A stretch of DNA of 64,000 nt from Enoplolaimus lenunculus (lineage: Eukaryota): positions 434,001-498,000 of the forward strand of contig JASANG010004128.1 of the NCBI GenBank assembly GCA_030248215.1. Direction: 5' to 3'. A program made the translations under genes and the position numbers. Positions 13,601 through 25,765 of this stretch are shown here, one piece after another (the first letter of the stretch is position 1; each line of letters starts with the position of its first letter). The notes beneath the pieces were generated by a model, which did no database searches, had not been told where the DNA came from, and saw only the letters and a list, made by a program, of their open reading frames with translations.

Positions 13601-16600
13601 CAGCATTAATGGTCAATTCAACGCCGTTGGCAAAGTTTTGAATACCTAAAAGTAAAGCATAACTCTCTTGTACGCTTCCTCCCATCGGGTTAGGTTTAGG
13701 CTTAGCCTAAATTTTGCTCAAGTCTTACAACAAGGCAAATCGCTAGGGCTGAAAATCAAACAAATCTTCGCGTAAATCACGTGATGACAAATTTTCTATG
13801 AGAAATGATTATGCAAGATAACATGAATTAGGGTTTCGCTATACTTGTCGTGCAGCGCCGTCCGGTGCCGTCCGTCGCTGTACGTCACCGTGCGGCATCG
13901 TACGTGAACGGACGGCGCCGCAGGGCAACAAAAGTATATAGCGTAAACCCTTACGGGGTGCTTAATGTGTAATAAAACTGTGTGACTATTGACAAATGCA
14001 AATTCTTAAAATATCAATGAATAACGTCAAAATCAAGCGTTGCAAAAATACATTCGATAACTGAAAGCCTGGAAATGGGCTCTATATAATTGCTACAGAA
14101 TTCCCAGAACCAGTACCGGAGCAGACAGCGGTGGTGTCTCTCCAAACTCTAGGGTGTGGATCTCCAAACTGTCGAGCGAATCGAACGAGAAACCAGATGC
14201 ATTTTAAACATTCGGCGGTTTTTGTTTCAACCGGTTAGGGTGGGGCCCTTCAGGCGAGGCCCCCAAATGGAAGTATGGGAGGTGGCTGCTCCGGCTATAG
14301 ACTTATATATTTCTTTTTACCTGCGTTAGGGCTTTTTAATTTATATATACGTAATAATACATACGTTGAGGCTTAGGTTTATGAATATGCTTTAAAAACT
14401 GCAGTATCGACTCGGTATCATTTACCGTTATCAAATGTAGCCAACGCATGTGATTTCAACGACCGAAATGGACCAAAGCAGATATCCAGCTGCTGTTGTT
14501 GCAGAGCGTTACATTGTGGAGAAGAGAAATACAAATTTTGATCAGCAGAAGGGCCTAAAATTATGTCAACATTTCGTTCGCAAACGTTGTCAATGAAACT
14601 ATTCAGTGCCAGATTAACCTCATTATAAACCGTGAAACTATATATTCGGTTCAAAACCACATGGAGTGAGGAAGGCTCAGCATCCTATGAGAACTCTGTC
14701 CCACACTTATAAATGTTTTCACATCACTTGCAAATACTGCGATATTTGCAAATTTATAGTCAATTAAAATATCTTCATTTGTTTCGGCATTAAAAATTAC
14801 TAGTGACCGTAGTTGCATCCATGTGTACCTTTCCTAATGTGATTGGGTTTCACACGTTTTCGCAAAGTGTATACTATATCAAAGATGAGCATTAGACTAT
14901 CAGTAAACTTATGCCTACGTATTCTTTTGCGAACGATAAAAATTTCCGCAAGTTTTTAATAAATACCAATGCAAAATGAAAGTGGCACTCTTGACTATGG
15001 CCGCTATGCTATGTGAAATAGATGTTTACTTTACCTTCTGTAACCATTGGCGGAGCCGCTGTAACGAAAGTTACATTCGAACACTTGTTGATTTCTCGAT
15101 ACTCATTGATCTTTGCTCGCATGTGATCAAGCATAAAAAGCGCTTTTGGCGAACATACTTTCTCAACTTCTTTACGAATACACGGTTCGTATTCTGAGAG
15201 CGCTTTAACAATTTCACAAGCCTTGTCTCTGAAATTAGTTGTTGTGTTGTGCAATTTTTGTCCATCAACGAAACCTAAGTGTGTGTTTTGTACATACATA
15301 TCGGATTGCATACAAAAGTTTAGACATTTTCTGGTTTTGGCTTAGCTTTAGAATTAGGCTTAAGGTTTATTCTTCAGCATGTGGTAGCAAAATGTACGTG
15401 ACTACATTAGAATACATAATATATAATATATATGTTGCCGTTCGTAACAAATGTTATCCAAGAATCGATAAATTGATGAAAACTATCAATAACTTTTATA
15501 AAAACTTAAAGGCAATGCACCAAAAATCCAATTTTTGAGCCTGGCTTTTTGGTAAAACTGAAAAAGCCAAACTATTACGACAATGGGCTAAATTAACAAA
15601 ACTTGATGATTCGAAAATTAACAATACATACAAACATCATTGTATTACAAAATGGTTATAGTTTACAGTAACAATTAACATACGTTTTGCCTTCAAGTAA
15701 TTGATCAAAACGTTGAATCTTAACGACGTCTCCAAACTGTAGGCCGCATTGTTGATAAGCTGGATTATTAGCAAGCTTGTTCATGCAATCAGCATTTTGT
15801 CGTATTAAATCAATCATTGCTGGGTCGCACATTAAATTCGCCGACATGTTCGCCAGGCGGTCCAGGGGACTATCGACCTCAAATAGCAAAAAATACAATT
15901 GTGATCTCTGTTTGACAATGGAAGAAAACTGCATGCAGCACACACGAACAAGCACTTCGCGATGTAATCAGCTTATTCAGTTTAACGATATCAAGAATTG
16001 TAAGCGAAATTTGCCAATTTCATTAAATTGAACTAAATTAGCTATAGTAAAGGGGTCTAGTATGAAATATGATGTAAACCAGAATTGCCACCACTAGCAA
16101 ATCCAGAGGGGGATTTTCCCTTTCAGAAAATTGGCACATATACTGCGTACAGCAAAAGTTGCGTTTTAGAACTTTTGCCAGGCCGCCCACGTCAGAAGTG
16201 TTTGGATACATCGCTGATTGCCAGTCGTATAACCTGCATGAATGCATGTAGCTAGAGTTGAACTTCAGATAGCAAGTCAATTTCACAACGGATAACTCTA
16301 TTTCAGAAGGGCAGGTTTTAATTGATTAATTTACATTCTGAATGGTACTTAAACATATCAGCAAACTATCACTGTCCTCTTTTGGTGCGGTGATATGCCT
16401 ATCAGTCATCGGAAGGGAGGTTTCAATAGAATTTCACGTGGTTCTACGGAAGGTTTGGGGGATATAGTAAAATTTGTGAGGCAACGTATTAAGTAGTAGT
16501 ACACGAAACCTCGCGAGCAAAGCGAGCGAAAGTTTAATTATATTTTCGGGTCTGCTACTGGGGTACCCGAGCTTTCTGTTCGCACCGAACTCGGTACAAA

Positions 16601-19600
16601 AGACAGCCTGTTTGTTTAGGTTCAAAAGTTTCTAAAATACGTCAATCGGCTGAAATATTAGGACGGGCAGATTTAACTTTGGTCTGCCTTGTTCCGTAAT
16701 GTTTCACTTTAACTAGTTCATCACAATACGATGCATATACATATTTTTACGACTAAAAGAATGGTGAAAATATTCTTTCAGACAAAAATTTCTCAACAAG
16801 CTGAAAGCGTTTCTCTTGCAAAAAATATTATTTATATAGTTAATCGTTATTCAGCATTATTCCACCTCTAGCTGCCGTTTAAACCCTGACAGTACTACTA
16901 TCTTACCACACAATTATTTTCTTCTGCTTCAAGTGCCGCACATATTTGATAATCAGCGAACATTCCACAGACTTCGTCAAGTTTGGCTTGATTTTCTATC
17001 AATGCCAAGCGTTGCAGTGTTCCAATACTAAAAATGTAGATCGCTGATTAACCGTCACTTAAAATTAAATTCCGAGTTCATACCAGTTTAATTTTAGCTT
17101 GCATTAAAAATGTTGAGATAGTTAATTGTATTATATAAGAATTTTTAATGTTATTTAAATTTGTCCATCGGTTAGTTATACATCCTGCATAAATAGACCT
17201 TTAACTGCGGCAAAATGATGTCAACACCAGAACAGTAACCAATTTCTAAAAGCGCAATGTGGTTGGAATGCGTGTAAGCTATGTTCGACTAACAGGGTTA
17301 AATACGGGGCGTTGGCAGGATTCCAGAAAGCGATGGTATCTACAACCTCATATAAAGACAAATTATTTTGACATGTAGGATGCAATAGGTTAACCGTTTA
17401 ACGCGTTTTCTCTTGTCCATCCAGAAATTTCGGAAGGGGTATACGTAATTTATGAAGAAACAAGAAAAAACGCAGTTTTCTGGTTTTGAAAACCTGGTAG
17501 TCAAACGGATTTAGCGCTGCTGAAACTTGTTTACTTATAAAAAGCCGTACCTCATATCTGGCAAAACTTCCGGTAGTTTCATTAGTTTTATCAAACAGAG
17601 TATGGTATCTTCACTTTTGCAGCTTGGCAGAACATTAGTGACTGAAAACGTAAACAAATGCATGAGTAAATGATAAACAACTTGATCAATTGAGCAGCTT
17701 CGTAAACTTAAATTTGAACAATTAACAGATAGAGCTTGATTAATCATCAGTGATTGAAATGTCTGTCAAAAAATTGCATTAAATATGCAATTATGTTTAA
17801 GAAAAACAAAATATATTTTAATTTAGAGCACACTCAAGGTTTGTCACTACCTGATATAGTTCGAATACAGGCGGAGGAGAGAAATAAGCTGTCCGTCAGC
17901 CTGCATATACGGCATGGTAATTTAAGTATGCTCTATCTGCCAGTCCACCTCATTATACCGTCAACTAGACGTCGAGAAGCATGCTGCCAGCAAACATAAA
18001 ACATTTCATCATCTCGTAGCCATTACAATTTAGCCACAGTAAGCTGATGGCTTGCCATCGCATCAACCGGTATTAAAGAATTCAAGCCAAAAGCCATTCT
18101 TGATTCGTCGCAACAATTCAGTAAGTAACACTGCTGTGGTATAAATGGTTCAATCAACTGTTACCTTAAAGAAAGCTATGTGTCCATCAAACGACCCCAG
18201 TCCGAACGATTGAATGCTAAATCCAATCATACTCGTAGAAAATTATTTTTTGGCGATTACTACTGCGATGCCCCGATGTATCACATGAGGCCTCAATAAA
18301 TCATTTGGACGTCGAATTCCTATTGAAACTTATGAGAGCTCAATGACACACACTAAGGAGGGCGCACAAGGCGGTGACTTGGCCCTGGAATTGTTCGTTA
18401 AATTCAATGTAGTATTGCAGTCGTTGAAATATTTAATTATTTTGCAAAAATTTAAATACCGGGACAGTCTTTGGCCGCGACACATCGTCCGGTGATTTCG
18501 TCGCGAAAAAATTCCGATTCACAGTAACAACCAGGCGTACAAGCTTGTGGCGTTGAAATGTTGCAGGTTACAGTACCTCGATTCCTACAGGTCGGCTCGC
18601 ATGCAGGATGCCCGCAATCATCGTACAATTCGTGCGGATTTGTACAAGACAAGTCGACTACAAAACGGCCAACAGGATGTATTCGAGAAGAAATATTTGT
18701 TTTGAGGGAAGCAAGGATTTCTGTTATGTATGTTAAGTCTTGAAGTAAAATTTTGACCTCTATCTGTAAGGTTACCAGTTAACCAGGCTATTTCGTGGAA
18801 TTTCCCGACTGAAATACATTCATCCCTGCCCTTGTATACGTCTAAATTTTTGTTGAATTTAATTATAATCGCACACGCTGAATATCTGCTCGCAATTTTA
18901 TTCTGTAAAAATGGACATTTTCTTTTAAACCCTTCGAATTTTGTAAATAAAACGATGAAAAAAGTCAATACTATGTGTAGTTTCATCGTTGAAATTTGTT
19001 ATCGTTCTTGCTTGAAACTAAACAAGCTTATGTGAAATTCGTTGAACAACAGCTACACATTGATGGTGCCGTTGCCAAAAAGACTGCGGCAGGAGAAGAG
19101 TAAACATGGCGACATATGCTTGCCTGCTTGCCAGTTATAAGCATTTAATGCATTGCATTGCCTTGCATGTTTGCCGCCAGCATAAGTTTCGATATATAGA
19201 AGCCAGTGTTACAAGTAGTTGATTAAGCAATCTGCGTGGCTTAATGGTAACCAAATTAACTGCAACGGATAAGGTTTTGGGCCCATGTATAGAACAGGGC
19301 CGGATCGTTTTCGAGAGGGACTATAATAGTTAGTTTATGATTTAGACTAATTTTTTTGCTTAGGCTTAGGCTTAGGCTTGGCTTAGGAATAGGCTCATCC
19401 ATACTTTTAGGCTTAGGCTTAGGCTTAGGCTTAGGAATATGCTTATACTACTGTTCCGGCCCTGTTCTATACATGGGCTAGGTTTCGTATTCAAACCAGC
19501 ACCGTTAGGTCTCACGTTCCGATATAATTTTTACCGTGATTGGCAAACGATGGTAATAAAATGAACCGGAAAAGGGAACGAAAGCATACGTAACGGGCAA

Positions 19601-21565
19601 CGCATTTCCACGACCAATTGCATATCAAAATTTCTGCACTCAGTGCACTATAACAAAAAAACGTAATATTTGAATTAAAACATAAAAAACAACAGTTTCA
19701 CAGCGTTTTATTACCTTGTCCGCACCACTGGCTGCAAGTGCTCAGTTGTTGAAAAATCGTTCCAGGCGGATTACTGTTTGCATTACAGGCAAACCCGAAC
19801 GCAGGACCACAATTTCGGCCGTCGCAGAAGAAACAATCTGGTTCTGAAACGAATTAATAAACAATCATAAGTATAATCGAGTAGGAAGTTTAACATATTC
19901 GGGTTTCAAATTCGCATCCGTGGACCCGATGTTATGGCCCCATAATTTTGCGTTGGAATCTAATACAAAGAGATGTGTGACTTCACTGGGTCGCCGCGTT
20001 CGCGCGGTTATCTTCACTATTGTAGCCGCTGTTGTAACTTTTGGTTGCCCGCCGGAAAAAATGCCGAAACCGGAAAGTTAAAAAATACCGAAACCAGTGT
20101 TGGAACAGGAAAACAAAAAACAATTATTGCCAAAAAATTCATTTTTAAAACTATTTTGCCGCTTTTAACTTGAAAATAGTTCAATTTATTATCGATACGA
20201 AGTAATTTTTTTACCTAATTTTTGTGCTTTGTAGATCTTCACTTTCAACAGAAGATAAATTCGCCTTCAACGTATTTTTAGTGAATTTCAGAAAATCTGT
20301 GAGTATTCTAGTTTTATACAAGATAATCCGAAAATTCGTCTAGAACTTCTAATACATAACTTAACATCAACAAGTGTATATTTGTGATACAGGGTGCAAC
20401 CGGAGGCAAAAAATTAATAGAGCCGGAGCCAGAAGTCAACAAAACTTGCCGGAGCCGGAGCTGAACCTGAATGTGATGCTAAATTAGGTAGTTAAAATAT
20501 TTAATTTGGCACATTTAATAAATATCGGTCACGTTATTAAATCGTTTAGTTTTATCCTTATTTTTTACGAAATATCGACAATTCTTGCCTTAAAATCGTC
20601 AAAATTGTGCCAAAAGTTAAAATAAATCTTGTAAAACTGTGCAAAATTTTTCTACCGAAATAGTCGAAATTTTTGGCAAAAATTCTACCGGTGCCAAAGC
20701 CTGAGCCGGAGCCACAGGTCGATTTTATAAGCTAGCCGGAGTCGGAGGCAGACCTTCGATTGTACCCTGTTCTGCTGCTTCAAATCCGGTATCTCAGTAA
20801 TGACTGAGTGCAAATATTTTGAGACACATGATCGTTTTCTGTTTAAAATAAATCTTGAAGGCACGTTTTAAGCATTCGCATCAACCGGGGCGTTATATAC
20901 TTATGAAACATTCGGTTCTTTCTCTGCGCACTCGAACATAATCGAAAATAAAAATCCTATGAGTATTAAACCCACCATTTAGAATGCCAGAAACCTGAAA
21001 CAAAATGCAGTAGCTGGAAAACGTATGATAAATTATGGAGTATGAAACAAATTAAAAATTTTGTCAATACACGCTCAGACAATTTTAGAAAAATAAGTTA
21101 GCAAAATATGCCAATATTTAAATGTGCAAACGAGAAAAATTGTAAATATAGAAAATACCGGAAAATACCGGTGTAAAAATACCGAACTTATTACCGGAAC
21201 CGGATAGTGAAAAATACCGAATTTCATACCGGAACCTGAACTGCGGATGCACCCTGCATATGGCCATCTAAAATATTAAAACATATAATTGATAATATTC
21301 TCATACAATCAACGACGATTGACCAAAAATAATATATTATTGCCTAAATGCAGCGACTGCCAAAACGACAATTGTCCAAATTATAAAACTTCTGAATTCA
21401 CAATGCAACAACCGAGAGCTTTCAAGCTTAATTGTTTCAGAATTACCAAATATAAGTAACTGTCGCTACGAAGATGCATAATTATAATTTACCCGTTGTG
21501 TTAGTTGTTGATAGCATATTAACTAAGCATGTTAACCATATATGAGTTAGCCACCATAAAAACAT
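10664..21565 (-). CDS. Gene B: probable GPI-anchored cysteine-rich surface protein (~668 aa). Exons 21565-21493, 19843-19715, 18720-18460, 17641-17551, 17027-16907, 15877-15667, 15274-15035, 14554-14426, 13645-13488, 12371-12210, 11644-11515, 10965-10664
   Basis: Continuous frame across GT-AG junctions. The candidate signal exon is MFLWWLTHIWLTCLVNMLSTTNTT. It is followed by a type A module, a TIL domain, two large Cys domains, a Pro/Thr stalk and a hydrophobic C-terminus (...DPYNAAPVLRIVSRTSRWLFLIYSIVMVLYTPLVTNYVLLL*). The first exon and the 15667/15274 junction are less certain. Confidence 0.75.
11072..11155. mobile_element. Short hAT-like MITE (CAGGGTGCAACCGGAG family)
   Basis: TIR CAGGGTGCAACCGGAG / CTCCGGCTGTACCCTG; 8-bp flanks GTGAATTC / GTCAATTC. 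Confidence 0.75.
12679..12833. mobile_element. GCCTAA/TTAGGC-containing MITE (family 2), 8-bp TSD
   Basis: Termini GGCTCTTGTACAC ... GTTTACAACAGCC; flanks TAATTTTT / TAATTTCT. Related degenerate sequence lies at ~8600-8895. Confidence 0.65.
12887..13028. repeat. Imperfect ~53-bp tandem repeat (about 3 units)
   Basis: AACAAGAAGAAGGGAATGATATTTATTTGGCCTCT recurs. Confidence 0.8.
13828..13953. mobile_element. Palindromic GC-rich MITE (AGGGTT(T/G)CGCTATAC family)
   Basis: TTAGGGTTTCGCTATAC ... TATAGCGTAAACCCTTA, with internal CGCCGT-type repeats. Confidence 0.65.
18460..18720 (-). CDS. Gene B exon: TIL domain
   Basis: CTNPHELYDDCGHPACEPTCRNRGTVTCNISTPQACTPGCYCESEFFRDEITGRCVAAKDCP. Confidence 0.9.
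19280..19479. mobile_element. Second copy of the TTAGGC-filled MITE (family 1)
   Basis: Same TIRs and internal sequence as 5018-5236; flanks AGGTTTTG / AGGTTTCG (7/8). Confidence 0.88.
19715..19843 (-). CDS. Gene B exon: type A six-cysteine module
   Basis: PDCFFCDGRNCGPAFGFACNANSNPPGTIFQQLSTCSQWCGQ. Acceptor TTTCAG, donor GTAATA, phase 1-1. Confidence 0.85.
20390..20769. mobile_element. hAT-like MITE (CAGGGTGCAACCGGAG family)
   Basis: Same TIR, with subterminal GCCGGA repeats; homologous to ~38694-39035 and ~59375-59688. Confidence 0.75.
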
Positions 21566-23496
21566 ATTGCCAAAAACTATACCGAGGGGTAAATCAGTTA
21601 ATACATTTTGCAGACTAATAAGGGTTGCTGCATGATAAATATCTAATAGTAAACTAATTTTTTCCAAAATGCAAAGCTGAAAACACAACTGAACTTCCAA
21701 CTTCAACGCCAGCTTCACCGTTTACAGTTGGATTAAGATCAAAACTTCGAACCGCATAAGCACTTTCTTACCGCTGATTTAGCAAACGCACCATATTTAG
21801 AGTTAAATATTTTTTATATTCTTCAAGACATTATGCCTTGAAAATCTCAATCCTTAAATTAACATTTTGAAGGTGCAAAATTTTTGTATGCTAATTAATT
21901 ATTAAATATAAACAGCTAAATATAGCTTGCAAAGCACTCTTTTAGGCAAGATCGCGCTTTGAACTGCCCTGGTGGTCCATTTTTCAAACAAAACTAACAA
22001 CCCTGCAACAGATAAAAATAGGTTCGTTTTGCAAAATTGTGTTCACTGCCGTCCTGGCTTTTATTTGAAGTTACAACGAAGATCAGCTCATGAAAATTTG
22101 ACGCTGCTGCGTTTATCACGAAAACATTTTCGCTCGCCTTTTACGTAACCATTAATGAACGGGTAACAGCAGTTGACACTGACGGAAAATACCCTTTCAG
22201 TGAAACTCCATTGTTATATGCGTTTGTGGTCGACGAAATATTAAAAATTCTACAGTTGCGTTCAATAAATTTGACGCTGCAATGATTTTTGAAGCATAAT
22301 ATTTTGTTTACAAATGTCAAATGATGCTAAAATTAAATATTATTCGTGCGGAAACTGTGTTATTAGCGTATCGCTTTTTGCACCTTTCACACTGGTGACT
22401 GACGCAAAGTTCGCTGTCTTTTCGTCGAAGATTTCTTGCTCTGCGACAAATCACACTGATGAAAGAATTTGACGATGTGTTTATACTCCACACACACACC
22501 TGTGTATTTCTGTCGACTAAATCGCTAAAACTAAAATACAACGTTCACTAGCAAAGCGAGCTAGAAGCCAAACGCGTACTAAATCTTATTACAAAATTTT
22601 TTATTGTGAGATTCCTGTAGTTGGGACATGGCAAGTGTGGCCCCAGATAGATCCGCTGGGCTCTCGTACATTTTCGCCCGTGCATTTACGATTAAAACTT
22701 GCCGTTAGGCTTAGAATATCGCTTAGGTTGAAAAAATGCTTAAAATTTACGGTCACGCAAAGACAAGCTTTGTCTTAATCCGAAATTTAAATGTAGGTTA
22801 ACTGTACAAAAGAAGAATCCGCAAATCAACGAAATGCGAAATACTGATTATCATGTTTTCGAACTAAACAACGTAGTCGATTTTGAGGAAGTAAAATAAG
22901 TTTTTTCTTACAATAAATCTAAAAAGTTCAACATTTTAGATGTAGCGTTCTGAACGGCGAAAATTGCATCAAATTAGAAAATGTCCATGATGATTTATGT
23001 TTCATTTTACGACGAATTCGGTTTATTAAAACATATATTTTTAAAAAATCTCTAGGCCTGCGTATTCAGAATACGTACACAGTTGAACGTAAATGTTCAT
23101 TTCATAATTTATAACAGCATTATTTTTGATAGAGAAATATTTTAAACAGGAAGGAAACTTGACCCGGTATTGATTCTTAATTTGTCACTGCTAAAGGGCC
23201 CATACTTTGGTTTTTAAGGAGCACGAACATCTGTATATAGGGCAATGAAAAACGACAACAGCCAGCATAAGCACTATGCTTAATAATATTTTCCGACAAA
23301 ATACGAATCAGATCCTTTTAATTAAACTCAACGAAAGCTGGTAGGTTCGACGAATTGGTACTGAACAAAACTAATGTGCTAATAAAGTTGCGCGTTTGTG
23401 GTGTTAATCCATGTAAAGAAAGGTAAAAATAACGTCCCGCAAAGATTTGAAAAAGTTGAACTCACATAAGTGGACGAGTTCAAAGTGATAAATGAA

Positions 23497-23775
23497 GGCC
23501 TATTCACACGGGAAAGTTTTTGCTGCGAGAATTTACAGCTGTAAATTGCACGCAGATCTTGAATTTTTTCATCAAACAATGAGAAAACGGCTGCAATAAC
23601 TTCAGTGAATTTGCACGGTTGTTGCCACATGCGAACTAAATTAATGAATTATTTGCAGATGCAAGTTTTTCGAACAAGATTTTGGAAAAACTTGCAAGGA
23701 CCAGTTGCAGCTACAAGTGCAAGTTTCAGCCGTAAGTTCTGACAGCAAAAACTTGCACGTGTGAAGTGAACAGGG
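23497..23775. mobile_element. MITE, TTCACACGTGCAAG family (opposite orientation)
   Basis: GGCCTATTCACACGGGAAAG ... AACTTGCACGTGTGAAGTGAACAGGG. Confidence 0.7.
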
Positions 23776-23983
23776 TTTTATGATTTTTTCACAAATACTT
23801 GCAGCTGGAAGTATTTCTTGCTGCACAAACTTGCATCTGTGACTGCGAAAGCGAACCCAACTTCAATGAAAGCCAGGAGGTCATAGCCGCCAAACAAATT
23901 TGTCTCCAAGTAGAAATATTTTGGTAAACGCTTGCAAAGTGTGAGAGCTCGCTATTGTTGTCTTTGAAGTTTTTTCGATCCCC

Positions 23984-24186
23984 TTAGGGTTGCGCTATAC
24001 TCGACGTCCGGCGCCGTCCGTCACCGTTCGCACCATACGTTATCCTACGTGAGCTATTTGCGTACGATACCGCAAATAGCTCACGTACGGCGCCGCACGG
24101 TGACAGACGGCGCCGTACGGGTGACGCAGGGTGACGGACGGCGCTGGACATCACCGGACGTCAAGAAAAGTATAGCGCAACCCTTA
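23984..24186. mobile_element. Palindromic GC-rich MITE (same family as 13828-13953)
   Basis: TTAGGGTTGCGCTATACT ... AGTATAGCGCAACCCTTA. Confidence 0.72.
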
Positions 24187-25018
24187 AGCTTGGCAACCCA
24201 CCTGTGACGCTAATACTTAATATATTATTATTATTTTGAGTTTTGACAGCGCCTTACTGTGTCTGGAATGCGTTATGTCTGATTATTAATAAAAACAGAA
24301 TTTGAAGACTTTAGGAATTATTAAATTGTCGAAAATTCATCCAATTTTTTGTACTCTTAAAATGAATAAAACATTTTCACATTGTTCGCGGCGAAATGCA
24401 AAACACTGAATTTCAAAACCACATACAAATAAATCTGTATGCAGCCTTTTATGATTAATGGTAGAAAACAAAAACTATGGCAGAGGATCAGCGTTGTTTA
24501 TAGAAATTTAAACTTTTTAAGAAAATTTAAAAACCCACATTTTTATACATCATACTTTTTTGCTTTTGTCTGTTGAAATCAAAACATCATAACGCACAAA
24601 AGTGCTCGTTTGTCTATTGCATTCAAGAAGCATTCAAATGTGAAGCGGAAATTAAACATTTCGATGAGTTTCAGTATTGATTTTTTAGACTGTTGACCGT
24701 ATCGGTGATTTGTAGCTTTTGTCACCCAAACAGAACAATTAGCAGTGGGTGTTTTATTTTTACGTTCTGGTGCCTATGTAACTTTGTATTTAGTATGTTG
24801 TCACAACCCGGCTAGTCTCGAAACCGAGTGCGACCTGCAACGCTAACCGTAACTGCCTTTCATTCTGCACGTATGATAATATTTTTGATATTTACGAAAA
24901 ATTCTTACATACATTCAAGAAGTATGATTAGCAAGGTGTACTTGAAAAATATTTGTGCTATAAACACGAAAATTTTCAGAAAATCATTTCAAATAACGTC
25001 TGAAAATCATTCATGGCA

Positions 25019-25235
25019 TTAACCCCTTCTCACATTGAGTTGCCGATGGGCAACTCAGCGCAGTGCATATAGTACTCAATCAGCACAAGACGTGAGAGCC
25101 CCTCGGGCTCGAGCGTCAAGCTCCTATAGCTGAGTGGTGATGGTATACGCCTCTCACTCCAGTCACTGGAGTTCGAATCCTAGCATAAAAGTAGGTGTCA
25201 GGGGAATAGAAAATATTCATGTGAGAAAGGGTTAA
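25019..25235 (+). mobile_element. TTAA-flanked (piggyBac-like) MITE with an internal tRNA-like cassette
   Basis: Same termini; internal TAGCTGAGTGG (A-box-like) and GTTCGAATCC (B-box). Confidence 0.82.
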
Positions 25236-25413
25236 AGACAGTGCCCTAAGAATCACCGCCGAACCCACCTCTTCGAGAAATGGTTCAGTGCGTCCAGAGG
25301 GCCCGTTTTCGAACGAAAACACAATTACGTTTCTTATGCATTTTCAACTTACTGAGAACTTCAAAATATTTCGCGTTTCGCGCGAGAATATATTTTTCAT
25401 TTTATTTCTTATT

Positions 25414-25487
25414 TATAAGTTTAAACGTCAAGTGTTCGGATAACACAACTATAAGTTTAAACGTCAAGTGTTCAGATAACACAACTA
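25414..25487. repeat. 36-bp tandem duplication
   Basis: TATAAGTTTAAACGTCAAGTGTTC(G/A)GATAACACAAC x2. Confidence 0.85.
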
Positions 25488-25765
25488 ATCCTATATAGTA
25501 ACAAATATAATTGCCTGAGTTAGAGACTGTGCCCAGGACTTCTGGGTATGATCACAAAAACCACACCATATCAAGTGTTTGACTTCAAGTTACTAAATAT
25601 CTGTGAATACTAGATCCGAAATACCTGTTTCCAGCGTTTGCGTTACTGTCGGTTCAAGGTCATGCTCACAGAATAACAACATACCTGTTCCATTGGTGCA
25701 GGGTTGTGAATTTGTTAACATTACCCCAATTATATGCCATGAGCCAGGGCCGATATTAAAGCTTT

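Noticed and set aside
17851..17900. Possible extra exon of gene B
   Set aside because: Not needed for frame continuity, has no Cys motif, and has no convincing phase-compatible acceptor.
18618..18986. ORF with a signal-like start (MKLHIVLTFFIVLF) upstream of the TIL exon
   Set aside because: It is not in frame with the TIL domain, and the phase-1 chain from exon 19843-19715 explains the TIL exon. An alternative first exon is not excluded.
22317..22541. LCVSHQCERC resembling the type B module
   Set aside because: The remaining cysteines and suitable splice sites are missing.
25120..25185. Possible tRNA gene
   Set aside because: A and B boxes are present, but I cannot build a full cloverleaf and it lies inside a repeated MITE. 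Treated as tRNA-derived.
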